From: Octopus sinensis
Lineage: Eukaryota
Length of the DNA stretch: 18,301 nucleotides
Direction: 5' to 3'
Assembly (NCBI RefSeq): GCF_006345805.1
Contig: NW_021824516.1
Span: 1-18,301, forward strand
The notes below the pieces were generated by a model. That model was given only the letters and a program-made list of their open reading frames with translations. It was not told where the DNA came from and did not search any database. Positions 1 to 10,996 of this stretch are shown here, one piece after another. Every line of letters starts with the position of its first letter. Position 1 is the stretch's first letter. A program made the position numbers and the translations under genes.

Positions 1-120
1 CCAGATCGGATGTGCTATAAAAGATGAATATTATTCTCAAAATTTCCTTTGGCAGCGCCGACTGACATAGGTAGCAGAAACGGCTGTCAGCAATGTTAAA
101 GTTTTGTATCAAAAAAATAA

Positions 121-275
121 TAACAGATGGTACAAATGATTATTATTATTATTATTTAAATTGCTGTTGTTGTTGTTGTTGTTGTTGTTGTTGCTGCTGT
201 TGGTGTTATTGTTCTTATAATTGCTATTATTATTATTAACGATAAAAATAATTTAACAACAACAACAACCATAAC

Positions 276-333
<58 letters not shown>
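121..333. repeat. Mosaic trinucleotide microsatellite (ATT/GTT/GCT switching to AAC/AAT)
   Basis: Read directly; pure (AAT)n from about 277 to 333. Confidence 0.95.
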
Positions 334-336
<3 letters not shown>

Positions 337-569
337 GTGCTCATGGGAACTGCACATATCCTACACAAAATACTTTCTATGTAATCTCAAGTTTTAAAGC
401 AAACATAATTTTCCTTTTTTTTTTTTTGACATTCACTAGTACAACACTAAATACAAAGCAAAATATATGGCACACTAGGCATAACAACGTCACGAACTTC
501 CAACCTGTTGCCTCTTGAGGTCTCTGGGTGAGACTTGGAGCCAACTTGTACAAATATAAAGCAAAAGTC

Positions 570-570
<1 letters not shown>
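334..570 (+). mobile_element. 5'-truncated non-LTR retrotransposon 3' end, R4/Dong-like (RLE class)
   Basis: 334-384 translates IVLMGTAHILHKILSM*, matching the C-terminal (QK)xxLxGTAHILRKxL motif of R4/Dong-clade ORFs. About 185 nt of 3'UTR follows, with (AAT)n on both sides, the known Dong target. Confidence 0.8.
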
Positions 571-607
<37 letters not shown>

Positions 608-655
608 TAATAATAATAAAAATAATAATAATAATGATAACAACAACATCAACAA
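571..655. repeat. (AAT)n microsatellite / LINE tail
   Basis: Read directly. Confidence 0.95.
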
Positions 656-658
656 TAA

Positions 659-738
659 TCCTTTAGGCTCAAGGCCTGAAATTTTTTAGTGGGAGGTGAC
701 CAGTCGTTTATATTGTCCCAGTATTTCACTGGTACTTC
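659..738 (-). mobile_element. Decayed 3' fragment of tRNA-SINE type A (tail variant B)
   Basis: AAGGCCTGAAATTTT..GGGAGG..AGTCG...CCCAGTATTTCACTGGTACTT resembles 14042-14100 and the reverse complement of 5300-5388. Confidence 0.6.
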
Positions 739-899
739 AATAAAGATAATAGACAAACTGTAAAGATTATGAGGATGATGTTATTTTGCAAAGGTTATGC
801 AAAATTGTAAGAAACTATTGCGAGTTTTGCAGTAATATTTCTAAAATTGAGGGTGGGGTAAGGCTAACGTAAAATCAATGTACCCGTATGTAATGGATT

Positions 900-1106
900 G
901 ATCATCATCATCATCATCATTATCATCATCATCATCATCAACTATATAACCCACAACATTTCCATTACCAGAAACGCATTAACTGTTGTGCTCTTGCAAC
1001 TGTGATTGTTGTTGTTGCTGCTGCTGCTGCTGCTGTTGCAACTGTCGTCGTCATTGTAGTAGTATTAGTTGTAGTAGTAGTAGTATTAGTAGTTGTTGTT
1101 GTTGTT
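900..1106. repeat. (ATC)n at 900-940 and GTT/GCT/GTA mosaic at about 1004-1106
   Basis: Read directly. Confidence 0.9.
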
Positions 1107-1284
1107 ACCCAGAATACCTCCAATACACGAAACGAATCTCTTGATTGAAAAAAAAGGTGAAGTAGGTTTCTTTTTAGGTGGTTTATTGAAAAAATAAATT
1201 TAGCAGAAAATAACGGAAGAGGGTGGCGAGATGGGCGTGGGGTGGAGGGGGCAACAAGATAAGTAACAAAATGAAAATATTAAG

Positions 1285-1371
1285 GTAGATATATATAAAT
1301 ATATATATTTATATATAGATATATGTATGTATGTATGTTTATATGTATGTATGTATGTATGTATATAGATA

Positions 1372-1404
<33 letters not shown>

Positions 1405-1741
1405 GTATATGTATATATATATACATACACACACACACACACATATATGAGTATGTATTCATATATGTGTGTGTATCTATGTGTATATATGTGTGTATGA
1501 AGTATGTGTGCATGTATGTATAGATACATACATACATATATATATATATGTATATATATATGTATGTATGTATCTATCTATATATATATATAATATAAAC
1601 ATGTGATAGAAATGTGTGTGCCTGTATAAACTCAAATATGCATATACATGCATGCACACATACATATATACACACACATATATACACATGCATTTATATA
1701 TACGAATACATACCTATATATGCATACATATAGATACATTC

Positions 1742-1772
<31 letters not shown>

Positions 1773-1885
1773 ATTGTACATATATATGTATGTATGCATA
1801 TACACGCTAATGTGTATATATGTATGTGTGCGTGTGTATGTGTATGTGTGTGTATTCTTATACATACACATATATGCATATACAA
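1285..1885. repeat. TA/TATG/CA/TG mosaic microsatellite
   Basis: Read directly; source of the YI/HT/CV-rich pseudo-ORFs. Confidence 0.95.
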
Positions 1886-1964
1886 ACACCATTTACGTAA
1901 TGGAGTCAAGAATCAGCATTGAATTCAAAGCGAGCTCTTGCAGGGGAATGCCGGCAGCACTTAC

Positions 1965-2090
1965 TCGAAGTGGAGTGCCGTCAACGCATGGAATATTCCC
2001 TAAATATCTATTACCATTCCAGCTGAAAGAATTACCATATTTTAGGATGGCTTTATAATGGCAACTTGACTCATTGATTTCTATTGCTTT
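1965..2090 (-). CDS. Candidate isolated 126-nt symmetric internal exon (unverified)
   Basis: On the minus strand: acceptor TTGCTTTTTCAG (AG at 2092-2091), 42 open codons [42 protein letters not shown], then donor GTAAGT (1964-1959). Only phase 0 is open. No protein family recognised. Confidence 0.2.
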
Positions 2091-2122
2091 CTGAAAAAGC
2101 AATCTCTGATTATTGGAATATT

Positions 2123-2143
2123 ACACACGCGCGCGCTCGCATG

Positions 2144-2198
<55 letters not shown>

Positions 2199-2413
2199 CC
2201 ATTCACATACGCGGCGCAAGCACACACACACACACACCTGTGAGCCGTGTCTGTTTTACATACTATACACACGCATACACATGACGTATAACTCCTCATA
2301 CACGTATATATATATATATATATATATAGCTTTATACATACATACATACATACATACATACATAAATATATATATACATATATATACATATATATATGTA
2401 TATATATATGCAC

Positions 2414-2469
<56 letters not shown>

Positions 2470-2595
2470 TCATACATATATATATATAGAGAGAGAGAGA
2501 TATATATTCAGTTATATACAATCGATTACACATGTATTTGAGTGCTGAGTGCTGCTTTTGTTCGTTCGCTTGTTTATATATATACATACATACAT

Positions 2596-2627
<32 letters not shown>

Positions 2628-2890
2628 AACACACACATACACATATATATAGTTATACATATACACATATATATACATGTATATGCATATATATGTGTAG
2701 ATATACATGCATATTATATACATACATGTATATATATATATGTATGTATATATACATATACACATATGTGTGTATATGATTCTTATACACACGCCCATTG
2801 ACACATAAATCTTAACTACGTACACACACACGCACACACAAACACACACAAACACACAAACACACACACACACGGCACATAGACACACAC
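2123..2890. repeat. CA/TA/TACA mosaic microsatellite
   Basis: Read directly. Confidence 0.95.
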
Positions 2891-3083
2891 GTAATCTGAA
2901 CATATTTCCCTTTTTTTTCGAATATATATATAAATTTTGTTGGTTTTTCCAATTTTCATTTTCCACTAAAAGATTTTTCCTGTCGTTATTCAACATCCTC
3001 CGTTTCATGCATATACATATATACAGAAGTGGGACTATGCGCGTGGTTGTCTGCGCATTTTTGTATGAGTTTGTGTGCTTGTA

Positions 3084-3882
<799 letters not shown>

Positions 3883-3900
3883 AACAGATAGAAGGAATTT

Positions 3901-4015
3901 TTTTAAGACTACAACTGTTTCATTAAGAGATTTTTTGGCGACGTAAATACCAAAGAAATAGCTATGTATAGACGTTTAATATAAAAAAAAAGTTAGGCAA
4001 TTCGTCACTTATAAA
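3901..4015 (-). ncRNA. Decayed type I hammerhead-like motif
   Basis: Minus strand reads TTTATAA-GTGACGA-ATTG..(long insert)..TAAT-GAAAC-AGTT-GTA-GTCTTAAAA. GAAAC-loop-GUA is intact. CUGANGA is damaged (GUGACGA), and stem I pairs only if a ~3-nt deletion is assumed. Confidence 0.4.
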
Positions 4016-4588
4016 TCCTCAAATCCATACTCTATACCATAGATTTAACAAATGAAATGTATGTCATCATGTTGAGGCCAAAATAGCATATGAAATTAAT
4101 TGAAGAAAACGATCCATAATTGGAATATTGAAGTAGACCGGTCTATGATGGACGAATCAAATACGAAGGCGCAGTAAGTGTAAATTTCGGAGAATTAATT
4201 GCGGAAAGAATCTGTGCCAAAAGTCAAGATAAATATAATCATATTTAGTAAGTGGAACTAGATAACAGATCAGAACAAAGGGCGAAGCAAATGGATGGCA
4301 CTATCGGACATACTTGTTTAATTTAAACTCTAACCTCGGCAATACATGCAAGTCGCACAATATACCACAATCAACACACTTCACCATTGAATACAATGCC
4401 GCTATTATCACCTGACTGATTAGCAATTAAAACTTTTGAATCTGGAATGACTGACTGACGGAAATTTGGTGATAAAAACACGATGCTTGCATCTCACTGT
4501 AAGTTGGCAAAAGGATCTTTTGTAAAATCGAGTTGGATCCGTTATACCTACCAGTAATGGAATTGACCATGCTTTACGTATGTTCTGA

Positions 4589-4912
4589 AATAAATCTCTG
4601 TATCCAGTCAATAAGCAATGCCCAAGGAAAAGCATAGTGTATAAATGCTCGATTATTTCTCTACGTTAAAGAACATGTTTATACCGGTGCGTCTACTTCC
4701 ATATTCAAACTTCGCTGGTATAATCACAAATCTACTTTTAGATATATAAATAAGACTAGTACATCCTTAGCTAAATAGAAAAAGGCGGAAGTGATTGGTA
4801 TGGTTTGTTTGTATCTCAGGCATTCCACATTAGTAAAATTGAATCAAATATTATTAATCAAGGTGACGAAGTGATTGTAAGATGCCAGCATCTTAGAAAC
4901 AAATATTTCTAA
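4589..4912 (+). mobile_element. Decayed GIY-YIG endonuclease of a Penelope-like element (C-terminal-EN type)
   Basis: Three frame-broken blocks: NKSLYPVNKQCPRKSIVYKCSII (4589-4657), EHVYTGASTSIFKLRWYNHKSTFRYINKTSTSLAK* (4671-4778) and QAFHISKIESNIINQGDEVIVRCQHLRNKYF* (4817-4912). These follow the PLE pattern CPxxxxC..IVY..YxG..FKxRxxNHKxxF..N.rxE..xCxH. No RT motifs recognised upstream. Confidence 0.75.
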
Positions 4913-5299
4913 TGTACTATGTATACCTAATCTTAATAAAACCATCAAGTCTATGCCAATAAACTTCATGACAATAACCCATTTCCGTCTTTATTATGTA
5001 CAGCGTATTTGATAATATTCTGTCTTTTATGTTAAACTACTAAATGACGTATAGCTATTTAATATGCTAGTCTCTCAAACCCATGCATTATTATACCCTG
5101 AAATATTCTATTTAAGACAGAAGTTCTTACTATTTGATAAACGACCTGGCTCAGTCATTCTACATCTCCAGACTCTCTTACCTTCAATCTTGATTCTTTT
5201 AATCTTAGATACCATCAATCATATACATATATATGTATATGTGTATATAGCCATTCCCGTCCCTGTGTAACAGTGTTCAACTTCGTTTGTTGTAATTCT

Positions 5300-5388
5300 G
5301 TACCAGTCAAGTGCTGGGGTCGATGTCCTCAACTGACCCTTCTATCCACAAAACTGTTACCCTTGTGCTTATATCAGAAAACATTATT
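5300..5388 (+). mobile_element. Decayed 3' fragment of tRNA-SINE type A (tail variant B)
   Basis: GTACCAGT..GTGCTGGGGTCGATGT...CCTTGTGCTTATATCAGAAA; the core is the reverse complement of 14283-14317. Confidence 0.6.
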
Positions 5389-5492
5389 ATTGCTGTTAGC
5401 TGATGTTTGAATTTAGTTAAATCAGTTTTAACCTTTTAGTGTGGAGGTACGTGCTACGCCCGTGGCTTTCTGATGTCTTCGGTGAATAATGA

Positions 5493-6107
5493 TTTTTATT
5501 ACAGCCACAAGGGCCTAACACAGAGAGGACAACACAAAGACAGACGGGACAAAAACATAAAACGAATGAAAAATGGTAATACATACAGTGAAATTAATGG
5601 TAATGAAATGGCTGCATGCTTCCCACTCACATGCAGTATCATTCTTACTGTCCGTTTATTATCAGTGATGAGTTTATATCCTCTTTGCATCTTTTGGCTT
5701 CACTCTTTTTTTAAAAACACAAGTTACTCTTTTTTTTATAAATTATTGTTTTCCTCTTTACACTATGTATCAATTCGAACAGAGGCGTCAACTTTAGATT
5801 GTGGCCTTTTTTTTCTAAAAGGTTGCAGCATTCGTTTATCCGGCTCGATTTTTATTTCTCACACTTCTAAATCTTGGACTCCGATACCTTTTCCAGTTGC
5901 AGCCGCATAACTGTGGCTCTTTGCTGCTTCACTTTCCATCGTACTTCTTCTCGTTGGTTCTCCCATAAATGGGAAGAAAAAAGATAAAAACAATTCAACA
6001 AATACTCATGAGAGCAAACAGCAATTTTAAACAGGAAACAAACGTAGTACACCCACAAGGGGAGACCTCCAGCAACAAAATACCACACTTACTTCAACAA
6101 CAAAATA
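5493..6107 (-). mobile_element. 615-bp internally deleted LINE-like unit (5'UTR + decayed ORF1 N-terminus + 3' tail) with 17-bp TSD
   Basis: Flanked directly by TCTTCGGTGAATAATGA (5476-5492) and TCTTCGGTGAATAGTGA (6108-6124). Minus ATG at 5966 gives MGEPTRRSTMESEAAKSHSYAAATGKGIGVQDLEV*EIKIEPDKRML, with an SYAA motif typical of LINE ORF1 N-termini. The 3' end (5493-5545) matches the SINE tail at 14216-14275 and ends AATAAAAA. Confidence 0.55.
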
Positions 6108-6517
6108 TCTTCGGTGAATAGTGACATCGACCTGATCAACGGTGTTTTTTGAACTGTATTTATTTAACATATGCTGGTTAACTTTTTAACGGCGAAAATA
6201 AATTTCAAAGTAATTCAAGTAATCATGTTGGATATCTACCAAAGAATTAGGTTTGGCATTTTCTGCAACTCACGCTGCCTCGATAAACTAGACATATCTC
6301 AAAAGAGAAAATAATTTTAAACATGACATATCACAACAAAAGATAAATTAGTGTACAAAGCTGCTTTCCACAGTTTAGACTAATGAAATTTTGAGTGGAT
6401 ATATCTGATTTCTGTTGTAAAAGTATAACCGTACATGCCAGAGCATAAGACACGCGTAAATTTATCAAAAAGTTGGCACGCGTCTAATGCAGTCGTGCCA
6501 TGGGTGGGGTACAAGGG

Positions 6518-6757
6518 AACGAGAGTAAGCTGAAAAGTTCATTGGTCGACTATGGAGGAGTGGCGGCAGAGCTGTGAAATCGTGCATGCTTTTATTTCAC
6601 TTCTTATCAATAATTGCATTGCTTAGTTTCCAGGTAAACTGACATCTGACTGTTCAAAGAATACTTAAAATTTAAATAATAGTGACTTCTCCTCAAAGTG
6701 AAGAAAATTTCGCATCGCTGTGTTATCAAAGACCTGCAGAAGAACAGTTTAGACAAC
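6518..6757 (+). mobile_element. Mariner 5' fragment (TIR + start of transposase)
   Basis: TIR-like ACGAGAGTAAGCTGAAAAGTTC at 6519. From 6698: (V/M)KKISHRCVIKDLQKNSLD, resembling the mariner N-terminal HTH start MxKxxHRxVIKxLxKxGL. Confidence 0.7.
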
Positions 6758-7231
6758 CAGCAAATCCGAAGGTCACTAGTTTCGTGATTTTTGCTTTGAT
6801 ACAGAAACTACTGACGTACCATTTTTCGTCTGTGTTTCTTTATGGTCTCATACAAGACTTTGAATAAGCAGTCATTACAACGTTGGACAGAATGCTTCAC
6901 ATTATTACCTTTGACGCTTTGCGCCTTAAGTTCAAAATTCCACCAAGTTCACCCGTGACATTTATCGTTTGGAGGTCGATAAAGCAGAACATAATGCAGG
7001 GAAGGGTGGATTGGCGAGGGTGTAGAGGCTCGAGGGTGTTGCTTTGTGGTAGCTTTTTCGGTTGTTTGTGCTGCTACAAGACTTGTGACAAAATTGGAGC
7101 CAAACTGTGTCACTTAGAATAGTTGATCTTTGTCTTGGATAAGCTTTGATAGCGTAGAGAGGAGAGGATTGCATATCAAAGAAGCTACAGGGCTTCTCCA
7201 AAAGTACATCTACCCAGGCCTGCATGGGTAG

Positions 7232-7513
7232 ATATTGCCTTAATATTCCTTGCACTTTCTGTTGTGTTGTTGCTTTTATTGAACTCATAAAATAAAATGT
7301 GACGAATATACTCCTTTGTCACTTCCATTATAGCTTTGAAAAAATAATTGTTAAAATCGAACAGCACTCCTCGAAACTTGCACTAAGAATATGTACAAAG
7401 TAAAATTAGTACCTGCTTTTATTGCAAGCTGATGCAGGTAGATTATTCCGTCCTCTTCCGAATTTTAGTTCATGCAATTGAAAAAACAGTATTATTTATG
7501 GGATGACCCAATA
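7232..7513 (-). mobile_element. Mariner 5' fragment, second family
   Basis: Minus strand begins TA-TTGGGTCATCCCATAAATAAT (TIR-like, 7513). ATG at 7328 gives MEVTKEYIRHILFYEFNKSNNTTESARNIKA, a mariner HTH N-terminus (xIRHILLYEFxKGxxAxExxRNI). Confidence 0.85.
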
Positions 7514-7726
7514 TGTGTTGAAAAGATCCTGGCTTTGGGTAAAAGAAAATACAAAAGGATCAGTTAATTACGATTTTATACAGCATATTCGCCTCTCAAT
7601 TTCACACATTTAGTGCAGCAGTCCTTCAGTTTGTCTAAGCCCTTTAAAAGAACTCGGACGGTTGAGCTTCCAGCCAGGTCATTCGCGATACCCTTAAAGC
7701 CAGGAACTTTTTAGTACCCTTTTGTA
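7514..7726 (-). mobile_element. Non-autonomous mariner derivative (MITE-like) retaining the transposase C-terminus
   Basis: Inverted ends AAAAAGATCCTGGCTTT (about 7521-7537) and AAAGCCAGGAACTTTTT (7696-7712), with terminal TA at 7725-7726. Minus strand reads WLEAQPSEFF/GLDKLKDCCTKCVKLRGEYAV*, the mariner C-terminal WLxxQxxxFFxxGxxKLxxRWxKCxxxxGxYVE motif. Confidence 0.8.
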
Positions 7727-7753
7727 CGATATAAAAGATAAAAGAAACATCCA

Positions 7754-7911
7754 TACGAGGGGCGGCTGTAAAGTTCCTTGGCTGACCAAGACACTCTCAT
7801 AGAATGTGACCAAACGAGGTTTATTTTTCAACATAGACCCCTTTGCGGTCCATGCCCTTCTTCCATACATGCGGTGTAATATGGCTGGCCTTGGTCGATA
7901 TTTTGGATCCC
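7754..7911 (-). mobile_element. Mariner 3' fragment (end of transposase + TIR)
   Basis: TA+CGAGGGGCGGCTGTAAAGTTCC TIR at 7754. Minus strand reads GIQ..WKKGMDRKGVYVEK*. The TIR resembles that at 6519. Confidence 0.8.
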
Positions 7912-7923
7912 TACAGTATCTGC

Positions 7924-8232
7924 GTGAAGGCACATGGCCTAGTGGTCAGAGCAGCGAACTCGCGGTCGAGGGATCGCGGGTTCGAATCTCAGACCGGGTG
8001 ATGTGCGTGTTTATGAGCGAAACACCTAAGCTCCACGCGGCTCCGGCAGAAGGTAATGGCGAACTTCTGCTGACTCTTTCGCTAAAACTTTCTCTCACTC
8101 TTTCCTCCTGCATCTTGCAGCTCACCTGCGACGGACCGGCGTCCAGTCCCAGGTGGGGAACCTATACGCCAAGGAAACCGGGAAACCGGCCCTATGAGCC
8201 AGGCATGGCTCGAGAAGGAACAAAGGACAACA
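7924..8232 (+). mobile_element. Full-length tRNA-derived SINE, type C
   Basis: Pol III A box TGGCCTAGTGG (7935-7945), B box GGTTCGAATC (7979-7988), and an AAC-rich tail. A second copy about 90% identical (counted by eye) is inverted at 10451-10770. Confidence 0.9.
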
Positions 8233-8531
8233 TCTGCACATCTTCCTCTGTAAATGATCCCCGACTGTCTCCAGAATAGGATTGTGGTCCCTTCTACTAA
8301 ATTGCAATTAACAGAGTTATCTCTCCATTTCTTGTTTTCAGTAGAAAATAACTACGAAAAGGAAATCTATTAGTGGTTGCTACACTGGCTAGAGATAACA
8401 GTCAAATCTCCCTTGTATTTAGTATTTTCCTTGGTGCTTTATACAAAATGTTATGGTTTGTTCGTAGCTGAAACATTTTAGATTATGGGTCTTGTTTGAT
8501 CAGAGCAGTTCTGGGATTAAATATCGAGAAC

Positions 8532-8643
8532 AGCTGCTGCTGTTGCCGCTCTTGCTGCCGTTACTACTGCTGCTGCTATTACTATAACCTCTGCCATTAA
8601 CCCATCCACTGCAGGCTTCTTAACGACGACGACGATGACCACC

Positions 8644-8692
<49 letters not shown>

Positions 8693-8822
8693 TTACTACT
8701 GCTACCACCACTACTACTACTGATACTGCTACTACTACAACTACTACTACTACTATTACCACCATCACCACCACCACCACCACCTCTACCACTACCACCA
8801 CCTCTACCCCTACCACCACTGT

Positions 8823-8876
<54 letters not shown>

Positions 8877-9560
8877 CACTACTACTACCACTACCACTAC
8901 TACTACTACCAGCTTCTTCACAACGACCACTGCCATCACCACCACTTTACTACTGCTGCTGCTGCTACTATACCCATCTATACTACCACTAATATCAGCG
9001 TACTCACCAACATTACCGCACCACAGCCACGTCAACCACTACCACCGCTGCCCACCACTATCACCACCACAACCACCAACATCACTGCCACGACAATGAC
9101 CACCTCTACCACCGCTTCTATTACCACCACCACCACCACTATCACCACTACGATCGCTACCAGTACCACTGCCACCACCGCTACAACCACCGCTATCACT
9201 GCCACGATCACTACCACCGCCACCGCCGCCGCCACCCCCCCCCACTATCACCACTACGATCGCTACTGCTATTACTGTCACTGCTGCTACCACTATCACC
9301 ACCACCACCACCCCCACCACCACAGCCACCGCTCTCATGACCACAATTACTACCACCACCACCGCCACCGCCAACGCCACTATCACCACTACGATCGCCA
9401 CCGCTTATTATTGTCACCGCTACCACTATCACCACCACTTCCACCACCACCACCACCACCACCACTACCGCCGCAGCCACCGCCACTACTACTACTACTA
9501 CTACTACTAATACTACTGTTGCCGCCGCCACCACCACCACCACCACCACCACTACAACTA
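8532..9560. repeat. ACC/ACT/GCC mosaic microsatellite with embedded higher-order 22-mer
   Basis: Read directly; CCACTATCACCACTACGATCGC is exact at 9136, 9242 and 9377. Confidence 0.95.
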
Positions 9561-9805
9561 CTCAAGAGACCCCCATTTGCACTTATTGAAAGGTGAGTGC
9601 TACTATTCTTAAACCGAACAATGTTCTTCCTCCACTTCCACCACCCCCACCTTAGCCACCACCACCTTAGCCCTCGCCGTTTCTACTTGAACTAAAGGAA
9701 TTATAGAACTATTTGTAGAATCGTCTGAGGAATTGTTACCACGAAATCACTTCTTGATGTTGTTGTTGTTACATTTCTTACTGTTGCTTTTCTTCTTCTT
9801 GTCGA

Positions 9806-9807
9806 TT

Positions 9808-9843
<36 letters not shown>
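9806..9843. repeat. (GAT)n microsatellite
   Basis: Read directly. Confidence 0.95.
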
Positions 9844-9844
<1 letters not shown>

Positions 9845-10067
9845 CATCTTTTTTTTTATCCATTTCTATTTATAAATCGAAGTATCGAAGATAAAGGAAG
9901 AAAAAGTCAAGTGATAATAAAATATATATCTATATATACTCATAAAAGATATTTAGGAATAAAAAAGTAACAAATATTTTCAATGTCTTTGTATAGTCAT
10001 GTGTGAGGTTGAGGATTGTGGTTCGAAACCACGTGAGGCCACATTGGATCTCACACCACTGCATCTA

Positions 10068-10267
10068 CAGTAATCCCTCGCCATATCACGGTTCACTTAT
10101 CGCGGTTTAATATTCAAGCTTACGTCGATTCCTCCGTGGTGTTGTTTTGCAAATTATAAACATAATTTTTTTAAAATATACTGTACAGTACTGTTTCTAC
10201 TTCGCGGATTTTCACCTATCGCGGGAGGTTTTGGAACGTAATACCTGCGATAGTCGAGGGATTATTG
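10068..10267. mobile_element. 200-bp Tigger/pogo-like MITE
   Basis: TA TSD at 10066-67 and 10268-69. TIRs are CAGTAATCCCTCG and CAATAATCCCTCG (reverse complement of the right end), 12/13 identical. Repeated subterminal TATCGCGG motifs are typical of Tigger MITEs. Confidence 0.85.
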
Positions 10268-10450
10268 TATCTGTCTCCACATATAGCCACGAGCCTCAGA
10301 ATATCTGATTTGTGGCGTAATGGATCTCTTATTGGTTCGATGTAGTGACTACATGAACCGATAAAGGATCTTCTGTACCACAAATTGTGATTCTCAACCG
10401 AAGTCTATATGGCTTTTGGGTGTCCATATAAGATTTTATTGGCAAAATTT

Positions 10451-10770
10451 GTTGTTGTTGTTGTTGCTTGTTCCTTCTCGAGTCACGCCTGCTTCATAAG
10501 GGCCAGTTTCCCGGTTTCCTTGGCATATAGGTTCCCCACCTGGACGAAACGCCGGTCCGTCGCAGGTGAGCTGCAAGATGCAGGAGGAAAGAGTGAGTGA
10601 AAGTTGTGGCGAAAGAGTCAGCAGAAGTTTCGCCATTTACCTTCTGCCGCAGCCGAGTGGAGCTTAGGTGTTTCGCTCATAAACACACACATCGCTCGAT
10701 CTGAGATTCGAATCTGCGATCACTCGACCGCGAGTCCGCTGCTCTAACCACTAGGCCATATGCCTCCACA
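10451..10770 (-). mobile_element. Full-length tRNA-derived SINE, type C
   Basis: Reverse complement of 7924-8232. A box intact, B box GATTCGAATC, (AAC)n tail. Confidence 0.9.
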
Positions 10771-10844
10771 TTGTCAAAATTTATGTGTAGTAAATTTCAT
10801 TTCAGCTTTTATCACAAAGCTAGCAGTTCCGAGGGAGAGATTAA

Positions 10845-10996
10845 AGTCGATTACATCGACCCCAGTGCTGAAGTGTTACTTATTTAATCGAACGTGTAAT
10901 GATAAAACGCAAAGTCGATTCGCTGGAATTTGAACTCGGATGAAATACCGCTTAGCATTTCGATTGGCGTGCTAACGATTCTGCCAGCTCGCCGCC
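10845..10996 (-). mobile_element. tRNA-SINE type A, internally deleted
   Basis: Minus strand begins GGCGGCGAGCTGGCAGAATCGTTAGCACGCC, with GAGTTCAAATTCC B-box-like sequence and the core CTGGGGTCGATGTAATCGACT; homologous to 14216-14435. Confidence 0.8.

Noticed and set aside
62-90. Hammerhead-like GAAAC-GGCT-GTC preceded by CTGA
   Set aside because: The core reads CUGACAU rather than CUGANGA, and stems I and II do not pair. CTGACA/TGTCAG simply forms a 6-bp hairpin.
6427-6490. CCGTA..CATAAGACACGC..GCGTCTAATGC resembling pogo-type subterminal inverted motifs
   Set aside because: Too degenerate, with no matching opposite end or TSD found.
6950-7000. Minus-strand peptide HYVLLYRPPND resembling the APE endonuclease YRPP motif
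   Set aside because: A single short motif with no other APE motifs at the expected spacing.
7924-7995. tRNA gene
   Set aside because: A and B boxes are present, but the sequence continues into a 300-nt dispersed repeat with no proper acceptor stem; it is a SINE head. The same applies to 11064-11125.
9136-9398. CRISPR-like repeat-spacer array
   Set aside because: The spacers are long, irregular and themselves microsatellite, in a eukaryotic context with no cas genes.
9588-9597. Strong splice donor AAG|GTGAGT
   Set aside because: No plausible acceptor or non-repetitive exon upstream; preceded by ACC microsatellite.
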